A stretch of 64,000 nt of DNA from Polyangiales bacterium (GTDB lineage: Bacteria; Myxococcota_A; Polyangia; Polyangiales; Polyangiaceae). Positions 31,343-42,597 of this stretch are shown here, one piece after another (position 1 is the first letter of the stretch; each line of letters begins with the position of its first letter). Where the stretch lies: assembly GCA_038231275.1 (NCBI GenBank), contig JBBRLQ010000021.1:32001-96000 (forward strand), in the 5' to 3' direction. Position numbers and translations under genes: made by a program. Below the pieces are notes generated by a model. That model saw nothing but the letters and a program-made list of their open reading frames with translations. It had not been told where the DNA came from and ran no database searches.

Positions 31343-33049
31343 CTACTTCCGCAGGTAGGCTCGGCTGTCGCCGCCCCGCTCGAGGAACTCTTCGTAGCTC
31401 CCGCCGAAGTCCGTCGCGCTCGTGAACTTAACCCCGTCCTTCTCGACCGGCGCGAGCTCGATGACGCGATTCACCAGCGACGCGACGAAGTGCCGGTCGT
31501 GGCTGACCACGACAACGGTCCCCTCGAACAGCTTCAGGCCGTCCAGGAGACCTTCGATCGACTCGATGTCGAGGTGGTTGGTCGGCTCGTCCAAGATGAG
31601 GACGTTGTGCTTCAATAGGAGCAGCTTCGACAAGAGCAGGCGCGCGCACTCGCCGCCGCTCAACGCCTCGACCGGCTTCAGCGCCGCCTCACCGGAGAAG
31701 AGGAGGCGACCGAGGATCGACCGGATCGACTCCTGCGGCGCGGCGGTGTCGAAGGCGTAGAGCCACTGGAACGCGTTGGTCCCCGCCGACGCGTGCGAGA
31801 GCGCTTCGTGGTGGTCTTGGGCGAAGTAGCCGACGGACGTGTCGTGGCCCCACTTGACCTGACCCTTGCCTCCGTCCGGCGCGAGCACGTCCTTCTTCGT
31901 GTCCGCGTCGAGCCGGTCGAAGCCGCCGACCATCAACTTGAGGAGGGTCGACTTGCCGATGCCGTTTGGGCCGATGACCGCGATCTTCTCGCCGCGGTTG
32001 ATGTTGATTGCGAGATCCCGAAAGATATTCTTGGTTTCCGTGCCATCTTTGAAGGCTTTTGAAACGCCTTCCATGCGCAGAACGTCGCGCCCGCTCGGCT
32101 TGTCGAACTCGAAGCGGATGAACGGACGGACGAGGCTCGTGCGCTTCGAGCCTTTGGTCTCGATGTCGCCCTCGAGCTTCTCGATTTGCTTGAGGCGCGA
32201 CTGCGCCTGCTTGCTCTTGCTCGCGTGCGCGCCGAAGCGCTGCACGAACTCCTGGAGCTCGGCGACCTTCTTCTTGGCCGACTGCGTTTGCTGATCGGCG
32301 CGCTGCTTGTTCTCGTACTTCTGCCCGATGAACTCGTCGTAGCCGCCGGTGTAGACGGTGACGGTCTGGTAGTCGACGTCGGCGATGTGGGTGGCCACCG
32401 AGTTCAAGAAATGGCGGTCGTGGCTGACGACGACGAGGGTGCCCTTGAACTCGTCGATCAGGAACGTCTCCAGCCAGCGGATCGAGTCGAGATCGAGGTG
32501 GTTGGTCGGCTCGTCGAGGAGGAGCACGTCCGGCTTGCCGAAGAGCACCTGGGCGAGCAGCACGCGGAGCTTGTAGCCCGCGGCCAGCGTGTTCATCTTC
32601 TCGTGGTGCCGGTCGGCGCCGATGCCGAGGCCGGCCAGGAGCTCGCCCGCTTCGCTCTCGGCAACGTAGCCGTTTTCTTCTGCGACCACGCCCTCGAGCT
32701 CGCCGAGGCGGACGCCGATCTCGTCGGTGACCTCGCCCGCGAGGAGGCGCTCTTTCTCGGCCATCGCCTCCCAGAGGGCCTTGTTGCCCATGAGAACGGC
32801 GTCGAGGATGCGCTCCTCGTCGTACTCGAAATGGTTCTGCTTCAGGACGCCGAGGCGGAGGCTGCCGGGGATGGAAATGCTGCCCGTGTCGCTCTCTTCG
32901 AAGCCCGAGAGCATCTTGAGGAGGGTGCTTTTTCCCGCTCCGTTGGCGCCGGTCAAACCGTAGCGCTTCCCGGGGTCGAACTGCATCGTGACGGCCTCGA
33001 AGAGGATCTTCGGGCCAAAGCGCTTGGTCAGGTTCTCGAGGAGGATCAC
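31343..33049 (-). CDS. ybiT: ABC-F family ATP-binding protein (YbiT-like)
   Basis: Two NBDs (GANGAGKST and GPNGIGKST, DEPTNHLD twice, LSGGE), no TM segment, inter-NBD linker SKSKQAQSR. Confidence 0.85.
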   Translation of the reverse strand: MILLENLTKRFGPKILFEAVTMQFDPGKRYGLTGANGAGKSTLLKMLSGFEESDTGSISIPGSLRLGVLKQNHFEYDEERILDAVLMGNKALWEAMAEKERLLAGEVTDEIGVRLGELEGVVAEENGYVAESEAGELLAGLGIGADRHHEKMNTLAAGYKLRVLLAQVLFGKPDVLLLDEPTNHLDLDSIRWLETFLIDEFKGTLVVVSHDRHFLNSVATHIADVDYQTVTVYTGGYDEFIGQKYENKQRADQQTQSAKKKVAELQEFVQRFGAHASKSKQAQSRLKQIEKLEGDIETKGSKRTSLVRPFIRFEFDKPSGRDVLRMEGVSKAFKDGTETKNIFRDLAININRGEKIAVIGPNGIGKSTLLKLMVGGFDRLDADTKKDVLAPDGGKGQVKWGHDTSVGYFAQDHHEALSHASAGTNAFQWLYAFDTAAPQESIRSILGRLLFSGEAALKPVEALSGGECARLLLSKLLLLKHNVLILDEPTNHLDIESIEGLLDGLKLFEGTVVVVSHDRHFVASLVNRVIELAPVEKDGVKFTSATDFGGSYEEFLERGGDSRAYLRK

Positions 33050-33138
33050 GGCGAGTTCTCGGTATCCCAAGCCCGAGGGGCGCGCAACTCCGAGAATTGG
33101 AATTGTTGGCGCAGGACCCCTACTATTTCGCGTAGTTC

Positions 33139-36100
33139 GTGCGCGATCCGTCCTTCTACGTGAGTGGGCTCCTCGACCTGGACCGGACGACGGACCCGGC
33201 CGAGCGCCGCGCCATCTGGCGGCAGTCGATGGCGACGCTCGCGCGGGCGACGTCGGAGGGGCCGGGGCCGCTCGAGGGGCTTCAGCCGGAGGCGCTCCTG
33301 AAGGGGCTGCGGCCGGCGCTGCAAGGAGGGCTCGCGGACGATCTGGACTGGCTGGCGCCGGCGGCGGCGGCAGGGGCGCTTTATGAGCTCGCGAACGCGC
33401 TGCCGGTGGGGCCGGAGCAGCGCGATCTGGGGCGGCGGGTGCTCGAGCGGCTGCTCGCGGCGAACGCCGAGGCGTTCGTGCAGATCGCGACGCGGATGGC
33501 GCGAACGAGCGGCAAGGGGCTCGGGAGCGCGCCGGTGCGGGCGCGGATCGCGCTGGCGACGGAGCTTCCGCTCGGCGTTCAGATCCCGGACGGCGCGCTG
33601 GCGCTGGCGCTGGCGGCGAAGCGCGAGCTCGCGCGCGAGTTCCTCGTGGTGCCGTCGATGCGATCGCTCCCGTCGCGTCGGCTGGCGGCCCGCCTGTTCG
33701 AGCGCGCGGCGCGGGAAGCGTCGAGGCGCGCGGCGCAAGGAGAGCAGCACGGCACGCGGCCATTCGCGCAAGACGTCTTGATGACGGCGTGGACGCGGCT
33801 CTTGTCGGATCGCGAGTCGCTGGTGTGGCGGCACATCGCGGTGGCGCGCGGTCTCCTCGCGCCGTGGATGCCGGAGCAGAAGCGCGCCGTCGAGACCGAG
33901 CTGTCAGTGTCCCTTTCGCCGACCGAGTGGCGGCGCGCAGCGACGTCGGCGGCGGCGCTTGCAGCGGTGAGCCCTGACGCGGCGGTGCGCTTGTGCACGG
34001 GCGCGCAAGCAAACGCGGTGCTCGAGAAGGATCCCGGATCGGCGGCGGCGTTCGTATGGGGGATCGCGCGCGCAGCGGAGGCGGAGCCCGACGCGGCGGC
34101 GGCGATCCTGGACCACGTCGGAGGTCGCGCGCCGCTCGAGGTGGCCGAGGCGGTCCTCGAGCTCCGCGCCGAGTATGGCGCGTCGGCGCTCGTCGATCGC
34201 GCGGCGGGGACCGTGCTGGCGGCCCTCGCGCGCGCGCCCAGCGCCAAGGCGGACGACGGCGCAGAGGCGCTCCGTCGCGAGATCGCGCGCGATCTGGAGC
34301 TCGCGCCGAGGGACGACGCGCCGCTTCGGGATCAGCTCGCGGCGGCACTCCTGAAGTTCCACACCGACGGCGCGCGCGCGGCGTACACGGCGTCGCTCGA
34401 CGTCCTCGATGCGGCGCAAGTCGAAATCGAAGCGCTCGAGGCGGTCGCGCCCGAGGAGGACGAGGCCGAAGGTCGCGGCGGCTCGCTCGCACGCAGGACG
34501 TCGCTCGCGGTGCTGCGCGACTTGGACGCGAGTCTGCTCGAGAAGAACCTCCTCGGTGACCTGCTGCGCCTTGGCGAGAAAGAGACGATCCGCGCCCACG
34601 ACGAGGCCGTCGACGGCATGCGTGAGCGGCTGAGCGAGTGGATCCTCGTCCGCGAGCGCGAGCCGCTGGTGGCGCAGCCGAAGGTCAAGGTCATCACGCC
34701 GACGCACCCGACCTTGCGCATGCGCCGCCTCCGCGCGCTGCTGCATCTCGTCGACGGGGACGTGGGAGACGCCCAGGAGGACGCGACGCGGACGACGCGC
34801 TTGCGCCTCCGTTGGCTGAAGGTGGCGGCAGCGCTGCTCCGACGCTTCGAGGCCGATCCGCCGAGCATGCTCCGCCGCACGATCGTCGCCGCCCTCGCGC
34901 GCGCGCTCGACGCGCTCGTCCGAGTGGGCGCGTGCGACGTCGCCGACGTGTTGCTCGTCGTCGCGCGCCGCGTGACCGATCCGGTGGAATTCGAGACGCT
35001 CGCCGAGGCGTCGATGGACCCCGATCTCATCCACGTGCTGACGCGGTGGGCCGTATTTTTGCGAGCGTCGACGTCGAAGATCCAGATCGTCGCCGCCGAC
35101 GAGCTGCCGCCGCAGTCGATCGCGCTGAGCGTCGCAGATCCCCGGGCGATCAAGCTGCGCGCGCTCGGCGAGCTGTCGCGCGAGCTCGCGCCGGACGCCT
35201 CGGGTCGCATCGAGTCGCTGCGCGCCGTGCTCGAGCGTCTGCACTCGGCGGTCGTCGCGGTGTCGGCGGCGACCTCGCTCCAAGCGCTGTCGACCGGCGA
35301 CGGGAGCGAGCCGGACGTGCTCGTGTCGCTCGAGTCTTGGCTCGGCTCGCTCGCTCAGCTCGGCAGCGGCGCGCTGGCGAGGCTCTCTCCAAGCGAGCGC
35401 GCGAGCATGCCGCCGCCGTCGACGATGGCTGCTCGTCCACTCTCTGTCGCCGTCGCGCGCGTCCTCTCCGGCGCCGAGGCGAAGCTCGAACCGGAGACGC
35501 TGCGCGCGTGCGTCGACGAGCTCCTCGGTGGCGCACCGGCGGGCGTCGCGCGCGTCGTGTCGGGCGTCGTGTGGGGCCTCGCCGATCTCCCGTCGGCGCG
35601 CGAGGAGGAGATGGGCGTCGCGCTCCTCGTGCAGAAGCGCTTGCCCGACTGGCTACCGCCGCGACGGACGCTGGGCGGTTTTTACGTGATCCGAGGCCTC
35701 GGCGCCGGCAACGTCGGATCGGTGTTCGTCGTGACGCGCTACGAGGACCGACACGAAACGAAGGCCGAGCGCTTCGCGCTGAAGGTCCCGGAGTATTCGG
35801 CGACAGCGGCGCGCAGCCTCTCCGAGGCGCAGTTCCTCGATCTCTTCCGCTCCGAGGCATCGGCGCTCCTCGCGATCCCGAGCCACCCGAACGTCGCGCG
35901 CTTCGTGACGTTCGACGTCGGCGCGCGTCCGAAGCCGATCCTAGTCATGGAGCTCGTGCCCGGCGTCACCCTCGAGAGGGTGATCCGGTCGCGCTCCCTC
36001 GACATGGAGCGCAGCCTTCGCCTCCTCGACGACGTGCTCGCAGGCCTCGAAGCGATGCACGGCGCCGGCGTCGGTCACCTCGATTTGAAGCCGTCCAACG

Positions 36101-36537
36101 TCGTCATTCGCGACGGCGACGAGGCAGTGCTCGTCGACTTCGGCCTCGCGGGTCGTCACATTCGCCCCGGCTGCGGCACGGGACCGTACGGCGCGCCGGA
36201 GGTGTGGGGCGCGATCCCGGACGGCGTCGTCCCCACGCCGATGGCCGCCGACGTCTACGCGTTCGGCTGCCTCGCGTACGAGGCGCTCACCGGCGAGGTC
36301 CTCTTCGACGCCGAGACCGAGGTCGCGCAGATCGCTCAGCACGTTGGGCACGACGGCATGCCGCCTAAGCTCGCGGCGCTCGGGGCGCGTGCGGGGATGG
36401 CGCCGCTGGTCGAGCTCTTGCGCACGACCCTGCGTCACGCCGCCGACAAGCGGCCGAGCGCGGCGGCGGTTCGCGCGACGTTACGGCGAGTGGCGCCGCA
36501 GCTCGCCGGCGTGGCGTGGCCCGGCCCCGCGGCGTAA
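33139..36537 (+). CDS. Ser/Thr protein kinase, C-terminal kinase domain behind an ~840-aa helical region
   Basis: LGAGNVGSVF, FALK, HLDLKPSN, DFG, GTGPYGAPE, DVYAFG; no obvious TM segment. Confidence 0.9.
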   Translation: MRDPSFYVSGLLDLDRTTDPAERRAIWRQSMATLARATSEGPGPLEGLQPEALLKGLRPALQGGLADDLDWLAPAAAAGALYELANALPVGPEQRDLGRRVLERLLAANAEAFVQIATRMARTSGKGLGSAPVRARIALATELPLGVQIPDGALALALAAKRELAREFLVVPSMRSLPSRRLAARLFERAAREASRRAAQGEQHGTRPFAQDVLMTAWTRLLSDRESLVWRHIAVARGLLAPWMPEQKRAVETELSVSLSPTEWRRAATSAAALAAVSPDAAVRLCTGAQANAVLEKDPGSAAAFVWGIARAAEAEPDAAAAILDHVGGRAPLEVAEAVLELRAEYGASALVDRAAGTVLAALARAPSAKADDGAEALRREIARDLELAPRDDAPLRDQLAAALLKFHTDGARAAYTASLDVLDAAQVEIEALEAVAPEEDEAEGRGGSLARRTSLAVLRDLDASLLEKNLLGDLLRLGEKETIRAHDEAVDGMRERLSEWILVREREPLVAQPKVKVITPTHPTLRMRRLRALLHLVDGDVGDAQEDATRTTRLRLRWLKVAAALLRRFEADPPSMLRRTIVAALARALDALVRVGACDVADVLLVVARRVTDPVEFETLAEASMDPDLIHVLTRWAVFLRASTSKIQIVAADELPPQSIALSVADPRAIKLRALGELSRELAPDASGRIESLRAVLERLHSAVVAVSAATSLQALSTGDGSEPDVLVSLESWLGSLAQLGSGALARLSPSERASMPPPSTMAARPLSVAVARVLSGAEAKLEPETLRACVDELLGGAPAGVARVVSGVVWGLADLPSAREEEMGVALLVQKRLPDWLPPRRTLGGFYVIRGLGAGNVGSVFVVTRYEDRHETKAERFALKVPEYSATAARSLSEAQFLDLFRSEASALLAIPSHPNVARFVTFDVGARPKPILVMELVPGVTLERVIRSRSLDMERSLRLLDDVLAGLEAMHGAGVGHLDLKPSNVVIRDGDEAVLVDFGLAGRHIRPGCGTGPYGAPEVWGAIPDGVVPTPMAADVYAFGCLAYEALTGEVLFDAETEVAQIAQHVGHDGMPPKLAALGARAGMAPLVELLRTTLRHAADKRPSAAAVRATLRRVAPQLAGVAWPGPAA

Positions 36538-36548
36538 CCTACGCGAAG

Positions 36549-36932
36549 ATGCCGCCCGATCCGATCGAAGGCGTCCCCGACGCGGACGGCGCCGACTGCG
36601 TGGAGTGCGGACGATGCTGCCACCACGGACCGTCGACGGTGCACCTGCTCGAGAGCGACGACGCCCGCATGGGCCCGCTGCTCCTTGCAGAATACACGGT
36701 TCTCGATCGGCGCCCGCCGGGGTGGCGCTTCCTCAAGAACACCGGCGAGCGCTGCGCGGCGCTCGAGGTGTCGGTGCCGGGGCAGTACCCATGCGCGATT
36801 TACGAGCATCGCCCCGAAGACTGCCGCATCGTGGAGCCAGGGTCGCCGGCCTGCCTCGAAGCGCGCCGGCTCGGTCATCTGGGGTCGAGCGTCGGCTTCG
36901 TTCGCGCCGCTCCGGTGGGGATCGGCGCGTGA
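36549..36932 (+). CDS. YkgJ-family CxxCxxCC cysteine-cluster protein
   Basis: CVECGRCC ... CAAL ... CAIYEHRPEDCR ... GSPACL. Confidence 0.85.
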   Translation: MPPDPIEGVPDADGADCVECGRCCHHGPSTVHLLESDDARMGPLLLAEYTVLDRRPPGWRFLKNTGERCAALEVSVPGQYPCAIYEHRPEDCRIVEPGSPACLEARRLGHLGSSVGFVRAAPVGIGA

Positions 36933-37792
36933 GACGAATCCTCCCGGGCGCCCTGGGCGTGCTCCTGCTCGTCGTCACGAGCGGCTGCGCGGCGCCGCCT
37001 TACGAAGCGCGCGGCATGTACTCGCCGGCGGAGGCGTCGCAGATCCTACGCGAGCACCCGTCGCACGCTTGGATCGTGAGCGGCAACGAACGTCGCGAGC
37101 TCGGCGTCGGCGGCCGCATCGAAGCGGACGGCGCCGGGTTCCGCGCGGTGCCCGCGAAGGGTCGCGGCGGATCGCACGTCCGCAAGCTCGAGGACGGCGA
37201 CGCCGTCATCGTGGACGAGGCTGGTCACGTCATCGGCATCCGCGCACGGAGCGGCGCCGAGACCGCCTTCGCACCGGGCAGCGCATCGCTCCCCCCGAAC
37301 AGCGACGAGGTGTTGGTCCAGGAGACCGCCGACGTCGAAGGGACACGCCTCGCCGCCGGTGACAAGATCGAGGTGCTCGCGTCCTACGCGCCCGGCGACA
37401 AGGTGCCGGGGCTGGGGCACGTCGAGGAGAGTCGAAAGCTCATCCCGCTGGTCGCCGGATCGCTGCTCTTCGCGATCACGTACGGGCCCGTCGCGTACGT
37501 GGGCTTCGCGAGCTCGCTGAAGATCGATCGAACGCTCCTGGTCCCTGGACTCGGTCCGTGGATCGATCTGCTCGCGCGTCCGAAGTGCACTCCGCCCGAC
37601 ACACCCGTCGCGCTCCCGGTCGACGCGTGCACCGGCGAGACCGCGGCAAAGGTCGGCCTGGTGACGAGCGGGCTCGGACAGGCCGTCGGAATCGTCCTCA
37701 TCGTCCTCGGCTTGCCGGCGGAGGCGGTGCTCGTGAAGGACAACGCCGCCACGTTGCGCGTCGGGCCGTTCGGCGCGCGCGGCGAGTTCTGA
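36929..37792 (+). CDS. Hypothetical lipoprotein with C-terminal hydrophobic helices
   Basis: GTGA overlap; VTSG-C lipobox; LLVPGLGPWI; ends VGPFGARGEF. Confidence 0.7.
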   Translation: MRRILPGALGVLLLVVTSGCAAPPYEARGMYSPAEASQILREHPSHAWIVSGNERRELGVGGRIEADGAGFRAVPAKGRGGSHVRKLEDGDAVIVDEAGHVIGIRARSGAETAFAPGSASLPPNSDEVLVQETADVEGTRLAAGDKIEVLASYAPGDKVPGLGHVEESRKLIPLVAGSLLFAITYGPVAYVGFASSLKIDRTLLVPGLGPWIDLLARPKCTPPDTPVALPVDACTGETAAKVGLVTSGLGQAVGIVLIVLGLPAEAVLVKDNAATLRVGPFGARGEF

Positions 37793-37799
37793 TCTCGGA

Positions 37800-38156
37800 T
37801 CAGCCGCGCGGGCGCGTGCGCGCTGCCAGCTTCTCGGTCGCCCGCGCGGCGAGGTACCCGATCACGCCGGCGCCCGCGTCGAGGAGCTCGCCGCTCGCGG
37901 GCGCGTCGACACGAACGACGCGCGGACGTGCGCTCCCGTCGTTGACCGTGACGAGGACCCGCCCCGAGCCGAGATCGACGGACAACGATCGCGCACGCAC
38001 CCCCGGCTCGCGCGCCTCCAACCACGCGAGCATGGGCGCCGCCGCCGCGAACGCTGCACGCGCCTCGGCTCCTCGCAGATCGACGCCCGCCTCGCCCGAC
38101 ACCAGCGCGATTCGCGCGTGATCCTCGAAGAACCGAAGCTTGAACGACGCGATCAC
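37800..38156 (-). CDS. Hypothetical protein
   Basis: GTG start overlaps the stop of 38153..38641; typical codon usage. Confidence 0.6.
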   Translation of the reverse strand: MIASFKLRFFEDHARIALVSGEAGVDLRGAEARAAFAAAAPMLAWLEAREPGVRARSLSVDLGSGRVLVTVNDGSARPRVVRVDAPASGELLDAGAGVIGYLAARATEKLAARTRPRG

Positions 38157-38641
38157 TCCCCGAAGACGGCCTTCACGAGCTCGCCCGAAGCGTCCATGCG
38201 CACGAGATCGGCATAGCGCCCGACCGGCCCCGGGCCTACGAAGACGACCGGCAGCTCGTCGTCCTTCACCTTCGCGGTGCGGCACACGAAATCGAGCGTG
38301 TTTTGATCGCCCGCGACGTCGAGCTTCTTGTACGCGATCTTGCGCGCGTCGAGCGTCTCGCAGATACGCCCGAGCTCGCGCGCGTTGCGATCCTTCTCGA
38401 AGTACACGGTCACCGGCGCCGGCTCGCGCGCGATCTTGGTCGTGCCGCCGGCGTTTCGCAGCGCCGCGAGCTTCGCCTGGGCGGCGCGCCGCTTCTCGAG
38501 GTCGGCGGTCGAGCAGAGCGGCTGCCCGAGCGTCGCGTTGAGGCGTCGCGCGAGATCCTTCGGCACGCGCACCGGCGCGAAGCCGTCGAGCGCGGGGGAG
38601 GTGATGGCGGTGTGGAGTCGGGTTCGGAGAAAATCGAGCAT
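38153..38641 (-). CDS. Glutaredoxin-fold protein lacking CxxC
   Basis: VTVYF...LDARKIAYKKLDV...LPVVFVG...G.Y.DL...DASGEL pattern. Confidence 0.7.
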   Translation of the reverse strand: MLDFLRTRLHTAITSPALDGFAPVRVPKDLARRLNATLGQPLCSTADLEKRRAAQAKLAALRNAGGTTKIAREPAPVTVYFEKDRNARELGRICETLDARKIAYKKLDVAGDQNTLDFVCRTAKVKDDELPVVFVGPGPVGRYADLVRMDASGELVKAVFGE

Positions 38642-38658
38642 CGTGTCCTCGTGTGCCC

Positions 38659-39972
38659 TCAGGGAGGGGTTATCTGGAAGGTGTCGCGCACGACGCCGTC
38701 CTTGTCGATGGCCTGTCCGGAGATCGTGCTGCCGGCCGTCGCCGCGGCGACGTCGACGATGAGCGCGTGGTAGTAGGGTCCGCTTGCGACGCGCTTGTCG
38801 CAGTAGCTACGGCTCGTGTTGAGATCGGGCTTCTCGATGATCCCGCCGCCGCCGCCGGTCGTGACGTACGTGATCGCGTCGAAGGTGAAGCGCTCGTAGC
38901 CGTGCATGTGGGCCTGGAGCACCAGCGGCACTTTGTACGTCTTGAAGAGCGGGCCGTAGTACTGAAACGCCGTGGGATCGTCCCCGGTGTCGCCGCACGT
39001 GACGAACGGCTTGTGAAAGTAGACGATCGAGAAGCGGTAGCCGGGCTTCTTCGACGCGTCCTCGAGGGACGACACGAGCCAGTTGCCTTGCTCGGTGCCC
39101 GGCGCCACCGACTGCTCGGTGTCGATCGAGAAGAACCACACGCCGCCCGACTGGAAGCGGTAGTACGCCGCCGTCCCGTCGAAGCCGGCGTCGTGGAAGA
39201 AGCGCAGCGTGTACTGCGCATACTCGCCGGGCTTCTCCGACTCGTGGTTGCCGATCGCGGGGAAGAACGCGCCCTGCGCGAGCAGCGGCTGCATGATCGG
39301 GAACCACCCCGACCACGTCTCGATCCCGGACGCGTAGTACTGGATGTCGCCGCCGTGGACGATGAAGTCGGGGTTCTTGGGGAGCGTCTGCGCGATGATC
39401 TTCTTCGTGTTGTCGTTGATGGTCGGGTTCGTGTCGCCGATCGCCATGAAGCGGAGCGCGTCGCCCGCAGCGCGCGCGGTGCAGAAGCGACCCGCGTAGC
39501 TCGCGTCGGCGGCGAGCGCGTAGCGGTAGCACGCGCCTTGCGTGAGCCCTGTCAGCGCGGCCTCGTGCATGTAGAAGGTGCCGGCCGGATCGGGGAACTT
39601 TGGGGCGAGCGGCGTGATCGTCTGCTCGGTCACCACCGTCGCCGCTTCGACAGCATCGACGCTCATCGGCGCGCCCCCAGCGCCGCCAACCTCGGGCGTG
39701 ATCGTCACGCGCGCGGCGGTGCCGGCGACGCACGACTCCCAGCGGATCTTTGCGTTCGTTGCGTCGACGCCGAGGACCCACGGGCCCTTCGAGAGGCCGC
39801 CGGCGCCGCACGGGAGCGCGACGGCGGCGTCGTCCGTTCCATCGCCGCCATCGTCCGCGGGGAGCGTATCGACCGACGAGTGCTTGCACGCGCTCTGGCC
39901 GAGCACGCTTGCGAGCGCGACGAGCAGCGCGAGAGGAAGACGAGCGAGACGCGGGAGACGAGCAAGACGCAT
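38659..39972 (-). CDS. Purple acid phosphatase-like metallophosphoesterase lipoprotein
   Basis: Fn3-like HEAALTGL..Y.Y, then AIGDT, HGGDIQY, AIGNHE, FHKP, AHMHGYER. Confidence 0.9.
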   Translation of the reverse strand: MRLARLPRLARLPLALLVALASVLGQSACKHSSVDTLPADDGGDGTDDAAVALPCGAGGLSKGPWVLGVDATNAKIRWESCVAGTAARVTITPEVGGAGGAPMSVDAVEAATVVTEQTITPLAPKFPDPAGTFYMHEAALTGLTQGACYRYALAADASYAGRFCTARAAGDALRFMAIGDTNPTINDNTKKIIAQTLPKNPDFIVHGGDIQYYASGIETWSGWFPIMQPLLAQGAFFPAIGNHESEKPGEYAQYTLRFFHDAGFDGTAAYYRFQSGGVWFFSIDTEQSVAPGTEQGNWLVSSLEDASKKPGYRFSIVYFHKPFVTCGDTGDDPTAFQYYGPLFKTYKVPLVLQAHMHGYERFTFDAITYVTTGGGGGIIEKPDLNTSRSYCDKRVASGPYYHALIVDVAAATAGSTISGQAIDKDGVVRDTFQITPP

Positions 39973-40049
39973 CGGGCGCGCACCATAGCGCGCGGCGACG
40001 AACGCGTGGCAGCCCCATCGTTCGTGTGGCGGGACACCTGGCGACGATA

Positions 40050-40065
40050 CTGAACACGTGTATAG
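40050..40065. promoter_or_regulatory. Putative LexA (SOS) box, Myxococcus type, overlapping a -10 element
   Basis: CTGAACACGTGTATAG; its reverse complement CTATACACGTGTTCAG fits the first 16 positions of the M. xanthus consensus CTRHAMRYBYGTTCAGS. It overlaps TATAGT at 40061-40066. Confidence 0.7.
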
Positions 40066-40072
40066 TATACGA

Positions 40073-40306
40073 ATGCCGCTTCACGCGATGCACGCGCTCC
40101 ATTTCGTCGCCGCGTGCGACGCCTGCGGCGCAAGGTCGGCGCTCGTTTGTGCCCGCGAGCTGCCGAGCGCGCGGCGTGAAGCGGTCGCGCGGCTGACGAC
40201 GCTCGGGTGGTCGCACGCGGCGCCGCCGAGCGAGCGCGCGGAGACGCGAAAGTGGGTGGAGGCCGAAGGGGCAGGGCAGTGGCGCTGTCCACTTTGCACC
40301 ATGTAA
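40073..40306 (+). CDS. Small zinc-ribbon protein (77 aa)
   Basis: CDAC ... LGW ... WRCPLC. ATG lies 6 nt after the -10; alternative ATG at 40088. Confidence 0.7.
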   Translation: MPLHAMHALHFVAACDACGARSALVCARELPSARREAVARLTTLGWSHAAPPSERAETRKWVEAEGAGQWRCPLCTM

Positions 40307-40425
40307 GCCCAGCGGAGCGAACCGCGCGTGACCTCAAGATCCCGCAAGTCCTGAGCTCGTGACCGAAAAGGACCTGACTGGCTTTTCCGGTCAGGCCTTG
40401 GCGGGGCGGGATAAGCTTCGAGGGG

Positions 40426-42498
<2,073 letters not shown>

Positions 42499-42597
42499 CT
42501 TCTTTTTGGGGTCACTCCCGCCGCTTGCCCGCTGCAAGCGAAGCGACCTCTGCTCGATTCGCTAAAGGGCTGAGGGGCGCGTGCCGTTCACCGCGGC

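Noticed and set aside
33050..34492. N-terminal extension of the ABC-F ORF (1049 aa)
   Set aside because: It is antisense to the kinase gene and Arg/Pro-rich. ABC-F similarity starts at GTG 33049.
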